Shown: positions 12,219 through 24,800 of the stretch, in pieces
Numbering within the stretch: the stretch's first letter is position 1
How the letters are laid out: every line of letters begins with the position of its first letter
NCBI GenBank assembly: GCA_049724395.1
Contig: JAUGWO010000018.1
Location: forward strand, 62,001-113,943
Direction: 5' to 3'
DNA length: 51,943 nucleotides
DNA from: Spongospora subterranea f. sp. subterranea
Taxonomy: Eukaryota
Position numbers and translations under genes: made by a program
The notes under the pieces: model-generated
What the model was told of the DNA's origin: nothing
What the model saw: only the letters and a program-made list of their open reading frames with translations
The model's database searches: none

Positions 12219-13780
12219 AATGAGGAATTACGAAACAACGCTATGGTGAACGTGTATTGTTTTGATTGTGAGAATCTGGATTTGCCATTTGGAATGGTTA
12301 CAGAAAGAACACCTTGTACGGGACAAACATCCGAATCATTGACCTTAAATCCTTTCTTGATGGGGATAATCAATATTATGAGCATTAGGGCTTGTCTACC
12401 ATATCATACGGATCATGTGCATGTATGAGTCGAATTGGCCACGAATCGGCTTGAGAGAGAGAATCTTGTCAGAGGCGGGGTGTCTTGCACGATCATGCGA
12501 ACGATCACGATCGGACGTCGTCTTGCTTTTGTTCCACAGTCCTCGGCAGCAGATGGTCTTCCAGAATGCCATGGCTTAAACCGTAAGTAGCGCTGGGAGC
12601 TTGACACTGGGAGCTTGATACGTTGACGACCACGACAAAAAGACTAATGACCTATGGGACGCCACGTGGCATCTTCTCGATCGGTTTCTACATCCTTTAC
12701 GAACGAGCCTGACGCGTCATAAGATGACGATAGCGGCGTCTGCGAGTGATGATCAAGGGATACGAGGGCCTTTCGAGACAGGGACGCGTTAAACACTCAC
12801 TCCAGCTGGGTGTAGAGCGATCAAGACCAGGACTGGGATGAAGGCCACGCCTGCCAGACACTGTGCAAAGGACTGTGGGGTGTGGCCACGCCACGCTCCC
12901 CAGGCTACACTCTGGTATGACGAATGTACAGTATCGATGGGCCCCGCAGGGCCATCTTGTGTCGTTATCAATGATTGTATTTGGATCTAACACGTTATTG
13001 TGTCCCGCTTCCGCTTCTTATAAAGAACAATTCACAATTTGCATCACTCCGACGGCAGGTCCCGCAGCAATATTTGGAAGTTCTGTAAACAGACGCTCAC
13101 TGCTCGCGATTCGGGTAACAATGAAGAATGGTTGCCTCCAGAAGTCTGATGTTGGCGAATGCTATGACCGGCGTTTGGTAGTACATTCCCGTTTCGCCAA
13201 TGTACTTACTGTTGACCCAACGTCTCGCCCTCATCACTTTCGCATTGCTCCAATCTATTGCAATAAACAAAAAACAGTCGTCCTTTTTGTCACTGTCTTT
13301 CTCCTTCTTCTTCTTCCTGCAGTCCATCTTCTTTGTTTTTTCCTTCTTCTCCTTCCTTATTCCCCTCTTCCACTGAACATCGCTACCAGTACATGAACCA
13401 TGTGAACGCTATCAGTCATCAAAACGAGTGCAATGTTGACAGGATTAATCACTGCCAGCAGATGTATCCAATGCTCGATCAAATTAATCAAGATAACGCA
13501 GTCGAGGACGAGCTGGATCACGCCATGGAAGTCCAGGAACTGAAGCACGCACATGTTGAGCAGGATGCCATTGTATTCCCTTGTTTGTTCTGAATTAATG
13601 ATCTGTCAATTAGGCACGCCGCGAGAGCATTTTCTTCCGATTTGGGTGAATCCAAACGTATTCGAGGGCGAGGCACCAGCAATAGCTGGATGAATTTCTC
13701 AAAGCGTTGGGATTAGCGGGCCAGAACTCCGTGTTTCAAGCCGCATCCCCGAATTTATAGAGATATTTATATGGTCGCCA

Positions 13781-14176
13781 TTGTGTGATTCAACTGGTTC
13801 GTCTTCTGTGATAAGTCCATCTCATGATACCATTGGTGAAATTTTGGCTCCGGCAGCTGTCGTGACGGCGAATGCCAAAAAACGTGGACGGCCACCGAAA
13901 AGTCTACAGCAAGTTTCTCGAACACCGGAATCTGCCAAGTGGAATGCGGAAATGGTGGAAGCTATGATGGACGCTCGGTTTGTTAAATATGCAAAATATT
14001 TTGCAGATTCGAAAAGTAGGGCTCAAATCATCGACGGATGGTGCAAGGTTGCCTACGCCGTAAACCTGGTGAATTCAACCAAACTGTCGGTTGAGCAGGT
14101 CAAAACAAAATACTTGTGTCTCGAAGTGGCGAGATCACAAACCTACTGGAAAAGAAGCCATCAAGACAGGCAATGA
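13781..14176 (+). pseudogene. AT-hook + Myb/SANT-like (trihelix) DNA-binding ORF, truncated; probably a PIF/Harbinger accessory-gene remnant
   Basis: KKRGRPPK AT-hook; KWNAEMVEAMM...GWCKVAYAVN...SVEQVKTKY trihelix pattern; lies in a gene-free degenerate interval. Confidence 0.55.
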
Positions 14177-15743
14177 GAGAAAGGAGTCGGATGATCACCA
14201 AGACACGAGATCTGGGTATAATGGTATTTTGTTTTGACCTGCTCAACCGACAGTTTGGTCAACGGTGTGTCGGAATTAACCATCGGCACATCTGCACGAC
14301 TTGAAGAGTGTTTAAGACCCTTCGATCATAACAATATATAGTGTTCAGTTTTCTACGAAAGTGGTGATGTTGGTGTATTTTGGTTCTTCTCCTTTGTATC
14401 TTTCTTCCTTTTTCCTTCTTCCCCCCTTTTCACCCGGAGACCGATCCATTCCAGGACATGGATGACGGATGAGGCCACGCCTTCGGCGATGACTGCGGGC
14501 GCGACTCTCCTAAAGTGCATAGACTGCAGCAGCTCATCAAATGGCACTGCCGATCACTTTATCGTGTCAATCTCATGTTTTCATTGACACGAAATTAGTG
14601 ACCTTGACTTGAACATTGTGTTGATGGTGTTGTCGATATTTCAATCGGCGGCACTTGCATTGTCGCCAGACATGGCGACAATGCAGTGGTGTAAACTGGC
14701 AGATCTCATGTGTGGCGGGGGCAAGGAGGAAGAAGTAGCCGAAATTTCATGAAAACCCATCTCAATCAATGTGTTTGCGTAAGTCAATCTAGCGCCCTCG
14801 GCAAAAGTCCTTCATCATTTAACTGCAGAAGTAAAACCAAGCGAGCACGACTCAATCCCCGAAACACATCCTTTTTGAGCAATAACGCCGCGATTTTCAG
14901 CTTTCGTCTCGGTTAAAAATTTAAGCACGAGATGCAATTCTGAATGCATGTCATCGTCGTTGCATTGCCACAGAGATGTCGAGTTAGGAGCTCAGCTTCA
15001 ACAAAAGTTGTTTCAGGTTTTGTCGTTTAACCGCATGGAAAGAACGCTACACTGAACGGCATCAAAACTTTGAAGCGCAGTGTCGAGTCACCAAACGTCG
15101 ACGACTAGACTTTTCGCTCTCATTTTCTCCTCCTATCTTCTCCATCTCTTCTAGGCTACGACAACGCAGTAAGAACCGTTCTGTACTCGTTATTTTTCAA
15201 CTTTAAGAAATGCTGGAGTTCACCGCCCCTTTTCATCATTCTGAATTCCTCCACTACTCTAGGTAGCTTCATCCACGTCACATGTTCTGTTGTCCAAAAA
15301 AACAAAAGCTCAGTCATGTTCAGGCGGCAGATGCCCCTACAACATTGACGACCCAACAGACCACGACACAACCGTTTGTATCTCAAAGAGTGCGTCAGTC
15401 TTCATGCCCATTTTATCTCCTATGACTCCTCGTCCGACTTGAAGTCGCTAAGCCAGTTTCTATCATCGTATCGCCAATACGCTGACATAGGACGTAATGG
15501 TGAGCGCCAGATCTTGACATCATATGAGGGACGAGTGGGTTACCACCCAGTGTGTAATCAAACGTTGCACGTTGGGAACAGGCCGCGCGTTTCACGAGTC
15601 AATTATTCCGCCCTTTTGACGACCCCTTTGGGGTGGGCCCTTGGGGTCAGGGAGACTGGCGGCAGTCGACCTACGGGGCAGCGCGTATTGCCGGGAACAC
15701 GATTGGGGACTTGGCCGATTCTCAAAGATTGGATCCGCCGGAT

Positions 15744-16673
15744 ATGGGTGCCGAACGGGGGGCATTTATCCTCCTTGAGGGGATTGATCGGTGTGGGAAA
15801 AGCACACAGGCCCGTCGTCTGTCTGATGCGTTGAAATCTCAAGGCTGTCGTACTGAAATTATCAACTTCCCAAGTATGTTTTCTTTTTATGGCCATCGTT
15901 TGCCAATACGCTTTATAATACCGATTCATGTCCTGTCATCCTTAGATCGAACAACTGTTGTTGGAAAAGTAATCGACGAATATCTTAGCGGAGGGACCGA
16001 GATGAGTGATCACGTATTAACGTGTGTTGATGCTCTTCAACTTGCCATTAACTGTGGGTTTCCCGTTAGGCAATGCATCTTCTGTTTTCCGCCAATAGGT
16101 GGGAAATGAGGTTAGTTTCTGTCTTAGTATGGTTTATCCCCCTTGCATATCGCGGTTTAGTGAATCAATCACGTCGAAACTGTCATCTGGTATCACCTTG
16201 ATCGTTGACCGATATGTATTCTCCGGTATCGCCTTTTCAGTTGCGAAGGTAGAAACCCCATTCGGTTTTCGCCACCAATCACGATGATAAACCAGGTCGT
16301 TTAGGGTCTGGATATGGATTGGTGCCGATCGTGCGATATCGGCTTGCCTAGTCCTGATGTCACCTTCCTATTGGATATGCCTTGCGAAGAGTCTAAGCAA
16401 AGGGGCGGGTATGGCCGCGAACGCTATGAGAACGATGAAATGCAGATTCACGTCAGGCGTATATTTCAGATGCTACAGCGCCCTGAATGGAAGGTTCGTT
16501 CGCTCTCGTTTTCTGATCAAATTCCGTGATGCGCTTTCCCCAAAACGATTTCTCAGATAATCAATGCGTCAAGACCTGTTGACGTTGTCCATAACGAGAT
16601 TCGAACACTAGTTAATAGCGACATGGATCGGATCTCAAAGAGCCCAATCGGATATATCACAGCCGAACTATAA
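15744..16673 (+). CDS. DTYMK: Thymidylate (dTMP) kinase, multi-exon
   Basis: RGAFILLEGIDRCGKSTQ P-loop, HLLFSANRWE, TLIVDRYVFSGIAFS, GLPSPD, GYGRERYE. Confidence 0.96.
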
Positions 16674-16823
16674 TGTCAAAAATCTGTTAATAAACCTGCC
16701 AATTAATATACCTTTTTTTTGGTTCACAACCGTCGCAGCTTCCAACGCTGTTCGTTGATCTATATCTGAAGGTCGCAACAACTGTGATTCGTACAGCTAC
16801 CCTCCCCATTTACCTTTTTGGAT

Positions 16824-17580
16824 GTAGTATAAAGAACCAAGTCCTACAAACAACGAACAGGGTATCTGGTTGGTTACTAAAAGCTTTTTGTATAATTATT
16901 AAGACATCATTTGCTGAAGGCAGCTTTATAGGCACGCGAATTGGTTAGAATTGCGAAGTTGCTTCATGCATTGTTTCGGATTATCAGGGCTTGCTCTGCC
17001 GAGATATTCGAAAAACTGCTCAGTGCTAGCACGTTCGGGTTCTTTTTATAGACCAGCATGATTTGAAGTTGGGCTTGTTGCGTCCACGGGTGACGATTTA
17101 GTAGTTTTACTAATTCTTGCAGATCCTGTTGCAATTCTGATGGAAAGAACGGAATAATAAATGGTAGAAATGGTTTGATTTGCTTAACGATGGGATCTCG
17201 TCTGTTAATATTGATGACTGAGAAAATGTTAGCTGAATATCGAAATGAGAATCCTCTGTCTTTCAAACGTTGGAATAAAAGTAGGCATGCATTACGCCTA
17301 TCTTCCATTGAGGTATTAATTCGGCAGACTTATCAATTCTCCTTTGATGAAGCCTTGTATGGTCCCGAACGTGCTAGCACTGAGCAGTTCTTCGAATATC
17401 TCGGCAGAGCAAGCCCTGACAATCCGAAACAATGCATGAAGCAACTTCGCAATTCTAACCAATTGGCGTGTTTAAAAAGCTGCCTTCAGCAAATGATGTC
17501 TCAATAAATTACTCACAAAACATTTAGTAACCAACCAGATACCCTGTTCGTTGTTTGTAGGACCTGGTTCTTTATACTAC
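16824..17580 (-). mobile_element. 5'-truncated Penelope-like retroelement fragment with inverted 3' end (arms 16824-17039 / 17364-17580)
   Basis: - strand TIQGFIKGELI...LLFQRLKDRGFS...LPFIIPF...IMLVYKKNPNV matches the PLE RT thumb/C-terminal pattern; ~216-bp near-identical inverted arms. Confidence 0.7.
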
Positions 17581-17837
17581 TGAAGAACAAATCAATCCTG
17601 AAGAAAAGCTCGACATCGTTAACTCCTAGCTCAATCCGCTTCTTATCAGCTGCAGGATTCTAAGTCCAATAATATCAATCACCTGTACAAACTCAATCCT
17701 ACACTAAAACCCAATTGGTGATCCGGACGCGCACCTTCAAACACAAAATTATTGGACGACCTACCTGCAGAATTGTTCGTTTTGCTGCCCTGGCTCCGTT
17801 ATGGAGAAATCCGAGAGCATCATCTCTTTTGTGCGTG

Positions 17838-19427
17838 ATGTCGATGGCGCTAACCGGACCGAAAAGCGCCAAGGAACCGACCAATCTGCCTTGGGTCGAG
17901 AAATAGTACGATCCATTCGCCTGTCACAAATTCTTCCTCGGACGGGTCTGCTTACGCTGTATTGAACGTAGTCGCCCGAAGACCCTGGATGATGTTGAGC
18001 ACCAAGAAGACGTCGTCAAAGCCCTGAAGCACAGCCTCCATTCCAATGATGTCAGGATTTTTTCAATAACCGTCCTCGAAATTCGCTCAAAATTGTATTT
18101 TTGTTTTAGTTGCCACATTTGCTGTTCTATGGCCCCCCTGGTACGGGAAAAACCAGTACAATTCTTGCCGTTGCTCGCCAGCTTTATGGGTAAAGGCCCT
18201 TCATCATGGACAAAACTACAATATTCATCATCCAGCGATAGGCCCACATTGTTGAAGGCCCGAGTTAAAGAGCTCAACGCTTCCGATGAACGTGGTATTG
18301 ACGTCATTCGTACAAAAATCAAGGATTTTGCTCAGGTGTCGGTTGGTCATGATCAAGTCCCGTATGTGTTCTCGTCTCGCTGATGCCTTAGTTTCCATTT
18401 TGAATCTGTCCATCAGAGGCTACCCATGTCCACCGTATAAGATCATCATTCTAGATGAGTGCGATTCTATGGTATATCTGATTTCGCCTCGCAACATTGG
18501 CATGATTTCCATCTACAGACTCAAGACGCCCAGTCTGCTTTACGAAGGGTCATGGAGAATCACTCCAAAGTGACCCGATTTTGTCTTATTTGTGAGATCA
18601 CCAATGAACTGGTATTTTGCCTGTAATCACCCATTTTAGGCAATTATGTCACTCGAATCATTGAGCCGATCGCATCCCGGTGCGCCAAATTCAGATTCAA
18701 GCCATTAGCTCCCGCTGCCATCACCAGAAGGTAGCGACGTTCGCTCCGATTTGTTCTCCTTGATTGTGCTCAATCACGAGATCAGGATATCTCAGATTTG
18801 CGAGGCGGAACAGATATCCATCTCCCCCGATGCGATCAAAACTTTGGAAACTATTTCGTATGGCGATATGCGAACAGTACTGATGATTTCGGGTAATATT
18901 TACAATCCAGTCTAATCGTGCCGTTTAGGCGATCAACGTTGTTCAAAGCGCTCGACTCTTGCACGAGTTTGATGATCCGGTCACGACCGAAGTGAGCTAA
19001 TTTCAGCGACAATTTTGGCGGTTTTATTAACTTTGGTTTCGTATAGACCGTTCTCGAGATCGCTGGATCCGTTCCAAGCTCTGTTATTTCATCGCTGTTG
19101 GCGGTAACACGCCGTTCCAATGAAGGTGTCGCCAATATCGATACTGTTGTGAGAAGACGTAATTGCCAACGGGTATCCAGCTGGCAGGATCATCGAACAG
19201 TTTATGGTAATCACACACGTATCGACGGTCAATGTATCGGCTGATTTTGATCCCATTTGTTTACAAAGGAGGCTGTGCAGAATGACGATTCCCTGACCGA
19301 CGCCAGCAAAGCCAAGATTTGTCTCAAAATCAGCGAGGCCGATTTGGCCTTGATCGATGGCGCTGATGAGTACCTTCAACTTTTGGCTCTTGTCACGTCA
19401 TCGCATCGGATTCGATTTTCCGAATAA
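17838..19427 (+). CDS. RFC4: Replication factor C small subunit (human RFC4 / yeast Rfc2 type), multi-exon
   Basis: [72 protein letters not shown]. Confidence 0.95.
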
Positions 19428-19606
19428 TGTACACTTAAAAATGATGTGATTTTCCGCTTTAGTTTCTACAAGTGCCCTATAGCTCCTTGAATATCGTGCA
19501 ATAGGCTTGCTCATATAGACGGCTGACTGACAGATGAGAACTGGGCCACCGGATCATATTGGTCACCTTCTGGGTTCCATCGCCATTGTGGTTTTCGCAG
19601 CCGTCA

Positions 19607-21387
19607 ACGTTCCTGTGCTTGAGAAAGACAGTCGCGAGCGTGTTGCAGAGTAGCACGAGTGGATTCAAGGAATTCCGTGATAGAAGGCGGAGCATCAAGG
19701 TGAGGACGTAAAAGAGCAATGAGTGTGCGCGGGAGATATCCATTGCAGAGATAGAACGGAGAGTAGGTTGTCGAAGAAGATATACTCGAGTTGTAGGCGA
19801 ACTCAAGAGCTAAAAGTTGCTCGTACCAGTCGGTTTGAAAACGTGTGGCGCTACATCGGATGAGCTGATTGAGAATACGGATAACACGTTCAGTCTGGCC
19901 GTCAGTCTGCTGATTGTGTGAAGTGGACAGGCGTAGCGTGGTTCCTAAGAGTTTGAAAAGTTCGGTCCAAATTGTGCTTGTAAATTTGGGATCACGATCC
20001 GAGATTATCTCATCAGGAATGCCATGATGTTTGAAGATGTGATGGAAAAAGAGATGAGCAGTGTCAGCAGCAGTAGCAGTAGTACGAGTTGGAATAAAAT
20101 GTGCAAGTTTTGAAAGGCGATCAACAACTATGAAAAGTGAATCAAAGCCGGCGTGACATTGAGGAAGTGCGACCATAAAGTCCATGGAGATGGATGACCA
20201 ACGGTGTAACGGAATGGCCAGTGGTTGTAACAGACCGGCCGGCCGTTGTGTACTTGTCTTATTGCGTTGGCAGACATCGCAAGTGCTACAGAAGTTGCGG
20301 CAGTCGGACTGAAGTGTTGGCCAGTAAAAAGATTTAGCAGTGCGGAGGGACGTTGTGGCAACGCCGAAGTGACCTTGGTGAGAAGGATCATGGTTTTCGG
20401 CGATGATGGTATGGCGCAAAGCAGTGTCATTCGTGACGCAGACGCGGTGTCGAAAAAGAGGAGACCGTCTTGCGTCGAATATTGTTCCGGTAACCTGTCA
20501 GGGGAGTTAGCAGCGAGCAGGTGTAAGTCACCGAAGTCTGCATCGTTAGCGTCTGCGTCACGAATGACACTGCTCTACGCCATACCATCATCGCCGAAAA
20601 CCATGATCCTTCTCACCAAGGTCACTTCGGCGTTGCTACAACGTCCCTCCGCACTGCTAAATCTTTTTACTGGCCAACACTTCAGTCCGACTGCCGCAAC
20701 TTCTGTAGCACTTGCGATGTCTGCCAACGCAATAAGACAAGTACACAACGGCCGGCCGGTCTGTTACAACCACTGGCCATTCCGTTACACCGTTGGTCAT
20801 CCATCTCCATGGACTTTATGGTCGCACTTCCTCAATGTCACGCCGGCTTTGATTCACTTTTCATAGTTGTTGATCGCCTTTCAAAACTTGCACATTTTAT
20901 TCCAACTCGTACTACTGCTACTGCTGCTGACACTGCTCATCTCTTTTTCCATCACATCTTCAAACATCATGGCATTCCTGATGAGATAATCTCGGATCGT
21001 GATCCCAAATTTACAAGCACAATTTGGACCGAACTTTTCAAACTCTTAGGAACCACGCTACGCCTGTCCACTTCACACAATCAGCAGACTGACGGCCAGA
21101 CTGAACGTGTTATCCGTATTCTCAATCAGCTCATCCGATGTAGCGCCACACGTTTTCAAACCGCCTGGTACGAGCAACTTTTAGCTCTTGAGTTCGCCTA
21201 CAACTCGAGTATATCTTCTTCGACAACCTACTCTCCGTTCTATCTCTGCAATGGATATCTCCCGCGCACACTCATTGCTCTTTTACGTCCTCACCTTGAT
21301 GCTCCGCCTTCTATCACGGAATTCCTTGAATCCACTCGTGCTACTCTGCAACACGCTCGCGACTGTCTTTTTCAAGCACAGGAACGT
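19607..21387. mobile_element. Ty3/gypsy integrase fragment as near-perfect inverted duplication (839-bp arms 19607-20445 / 20549-21387, 103-bp loop)
   Basis: HHCC zinc finger (HD..GHFG...CDVC), ISMDF, IVVDRLSK, IISDRDPKF, QTDGQTER on both strands; only about five substitutions seen between arms. Confidence 0.96.
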
Positions 21388-21435
21388 CAACGCCGTCAAG
21401 CCGTTGTAACAATCACCAACGAATTGGGTTGCGAT

Positions 21436-21621
21436 TCAAATCAATAACGGGCAGGGTTTAAGCCAAATTCAGTCGCTGGTAGACGAGATGAGAGTTCTGC
21501 TCCCAAGTTGGGAACGGCGTCAATTATCTCAAATCAATAACGGGCAGGGTTTAAGCCAAATTCAGTCGCTGGTAGACGAGATGAGAGTTCTGCTCCCAAG
21601 TTGGGAACGGCGTCAATTATC
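21436..21621. repeat. Exact tandem duplication, 2 x 93 bp
   Basis: tcaaatcaataacgggcagg...ggcgtcaattatc occurs twice head-to-tail. Confidence 0.93.
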
Positions 21622-21797
21622 ACAGCTTTTTCTGGTTCCTTGATAACGCCACATCAGCTCTTGGTCGATACAGTCCCACTTGCAGTTTTGGCGTAGTTTT
21701 ATCAAGTTTTCTCACAAGGGATGATGATACATATTAGAAACAAATAGTGTTTTCTACAGATGGGTAATCAATATCAACAATGGAGTCAAAAAGAGCT

Positions 21798-23660
21798 TCA
21801 TCGGATAATTGATCGCTCAACAGCGCATTGTTTCCAATCGCTTCATAGTATCACGATCGTGAGGATGAAACACATCATGGCATAGTCGCAAGCAAGCCCG
21901 ATCCATATCCCCGTCAGGCCAAGTTTGAGATCAAACGCGAACAGGAAGGCGGCGGGTAGGGAACAGGACCAACTACACTAAACCATGTGACTTGATTATA
22001 AGACCAACGACAAGACACATTTGAACTACCAATGCGCCAACGATGGCGACAGGAAGTGGACGACCTTGCCCATAAAGAATTGCACTTAAAATGAGCATCA
22101 AACTGGAAAGGTGAATGCGATTGTTAGTGACTGTTTTGGACATTTGGAGAACGTTGCACCTTAGCCAACCGTAAGCCATCGTTAACGCATCTGTTATTTG
22201 TGCAGCGCCGCGCCATACAGCAGGATCACTGGAGAATATATGTCCAATATAGTACCTGAGAGCGTATAGAGCTGTGGCGATAACAAATGCCACAACTATC
22301 GACAAGCAAACCGACAGTCGAGAGCAGTGCGTCGTGCAAATTTGGGGTTTTTTGCACCTGACGGGATCGTAAGCGACAGAACGATGGGGGTTTGTGCACA
22401 AGCCCGACCAAGATGATACCCCACCTTAGATACTGTGCATTGAAACATGTACAACACATGGCAAACTCCAGATTGAACGGCGACCTCAACGACACCTAAC
22501 AAGCGAGTAAGACCTGGGCAAAGAAGATGGCTCCGGCTGTCGAACCTAATCGCGAAGTAAAGAAGGAGAGGGTCAGCATCAACTAATAGCAGGATGATGG
22601 TCAACATGAAATGTTGACTATAATGATAATGTCCATGGTATATACTCATAGGGTCGACGCGTTTCCAACCATGATCGGAACGGTTTGCTTTAGGTATTGC
22701 TGTATATTCTCTTTCGTGAAGCAATCCCAGAATGGGGTATAGGGCCACGTCCTAATGTGGTACTGTTTGATGGCGCATGTGTAGAGGACGAACGCAATCA
22801 GCGGGAGCAATCGCGACAGGGAGGTTGCAATCGGTGACCCGACCCGATGTATTCCAGACCGGGGGAGTCGACCCATTTCTAAATCGCCACCCGATTGAGA
22901 CACTGAATCTGGAATTTTGAAAATACATTGATGCTTATCATGAATGAGAACTACATTGAGAGCCAAGTTCACAACTGTGAACGCCATGTTATTGACGAGG
23001 GCAGGCATTACAATGTTTTCTGTTTGGAAATCCTGTCGAAGAGCGTAGTATAGCGAGTTCGCGATCAACCCAAATGCCGACCAGATTGCGAAATCCTGAG
23101 ATAGGTGGCTAAAGAAGCAAAATGGCTGCTAACACGATTTTCAGCCATTTCCCGAGCAGTTTAGGATTTTCTGCTCCGTTTCAGAGGGTCTTCAGGGAAT
23201 CAGCTGCGCTACCCGTAAAAGCACTGAACACTTCTAGAACGGTTGTGGCCCTGGATAACAGTCATTAGCTCACCATTGGGGTGCAGGTAAATGTATAGCA
23301 CGATACATTGCTGAGGCTGCCAGATAACTCGTTCCATTTTCTGGATATCCCAACAGGCTCATGTCGGTTAAAACCACTGCAATAGAGTCAGACCTGGACA
23401 TTAGCCTGTACTCATGACTCGGAAATCAAAAGATAAGCCAACCGGGCCGCCAATAACGACGAAATCTCGAGCCTCGTTGAGCCAACTCATCTGAATTGAA
23501 ACATCGCCACCCTCTTCGGGATCCAATTTTTTAGGGCAATTCGAATTTTCGCCCCCATCTTGACAGAGAGATGGTCTGCATCAGGTCGCTCGCAAAGGAT
23601 TTTCTCCAAAAGCGGAGTGAGCGATGTGTCTTGATCACTTTGATAGACCGGCACTGTCAT
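21798..23660 (-). pseudogene. MATE efflux transporter pseudogene, inverted paralogue of 24801-26908
   Basis: Homologous throughout (YYALRQDFQTENIVMPAL, GSPIATSLSR, YGQGRPLPVA); in-frame TGA replacing R of RSDW near 21845, several frameshifts, missing segment after GKWLKI. Confidence 0.85.
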
Positions 23661-24800
23661 GGCGAATAGGGGCCAATGAGTCGAGCAATGGATTGCGGGC
23701 GCCTTCTGCCGTGTCGGCGAAGGAACGTCGACCGGTGGGGCCGTGCGGGTCAATGAACACTGAAAACGAGGCAAAGAGCGTCCACAGTCATCACACTTGA
23801 CTTATAGTGTTAAACTCACAGTGCGGTTACGCTGTTACAGTAACCCTCCTGAAACGGTGAAACCCGTCCGGACTGTCACAGTGCCCCGTTTTATGTAGCC
23901 GGTGCGACTGGCATGACCAGCTGAGTGCCCCTCTCCGATTCGAACTCTGATTCTCCGTTGCCCGTTTTACAATTACCATAAATGTTCACTACAGAGCCAT
24001 GGAAGGGTGACAGGGCAGAACGTTGAATGAAGGGGGAAATGGTGTTGCTGAGTGCCGATGACATTGCTCCTGACAAAAAAAATGTTTTGGTGATCAGGTT
24101 TCCAGAACGCATTTGCATGGGTCCCATCTGACCACCAGACGATTGTACAGGTCTATATGTGTTGGGAATTGCTGGTTTCAATACAGTTTGATATGAGGCC
24201 ATTAATCGTCTGGTGGTCAGATGGGGTCCATGCAAGTGTGTTCATGACCATCAACTAATTTTTGACAGCAGCCATGTCATCATCATGTAGAGCGTTGAAC
24301 ATACAATACACGCAGCGTATGATTATTAACCCGTACTCATAGTCTCAGTGTTTCCTTATGGCGAATCTGAATTACCGAATAATTATAAAACAGATCATGT
24401 AGTATATATGTCGAATAGTTATTGAAAATCCCTAGTTTCAAACATGACAGTTTCATATATGACGACAGCTTCCATCTGCCAGAATAGGTTTGTCAAACCC
24501 GGGGTATTGGTCAGAATCTTTTCAGGACGCCTCACCGTCGGCGAAACACAGTGCAAGCCCGGTTCATTGCCCTACGGTAGTCCGGCCGCACAGTTGAGTA
24601 CTGTAGCCGAGTGGACAACTGCCACCAAGTCACGGACACGGCATTGTAACCGTGCTGGACCCAACGGCTACAGTGCTCGGTATGTGTATAAGCGGCCTAA
24701 TTTAGAGCTCAGAGCCACCACTTAGCCTGGTTCGGGGTATCGTCGTCAAAATAAAGCGAACGATCTGAATCTTTGTCTAAAGGGTTCAGGACACATTCTT

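Noticed and set aside
14562..14592. 10-bp stem-loop as a Helitron 3' hairpin or terminator
   Set aside because: No CTRR end at the proper spacing, and short enough to occur by chance.
16827..17577. Tc1/mariner MITE with TA target duplication
   Set aside because: The arms extend ~216 bp into the coding 3' end of a Penelope-like ORF; the flanking TA is part of the inverted symmetry.
20246..20866. 206-aa ORF crossing the palindrome centre
   Set aside because: Off-frame and antisense reading of integrase sequence; no independent coding signal.
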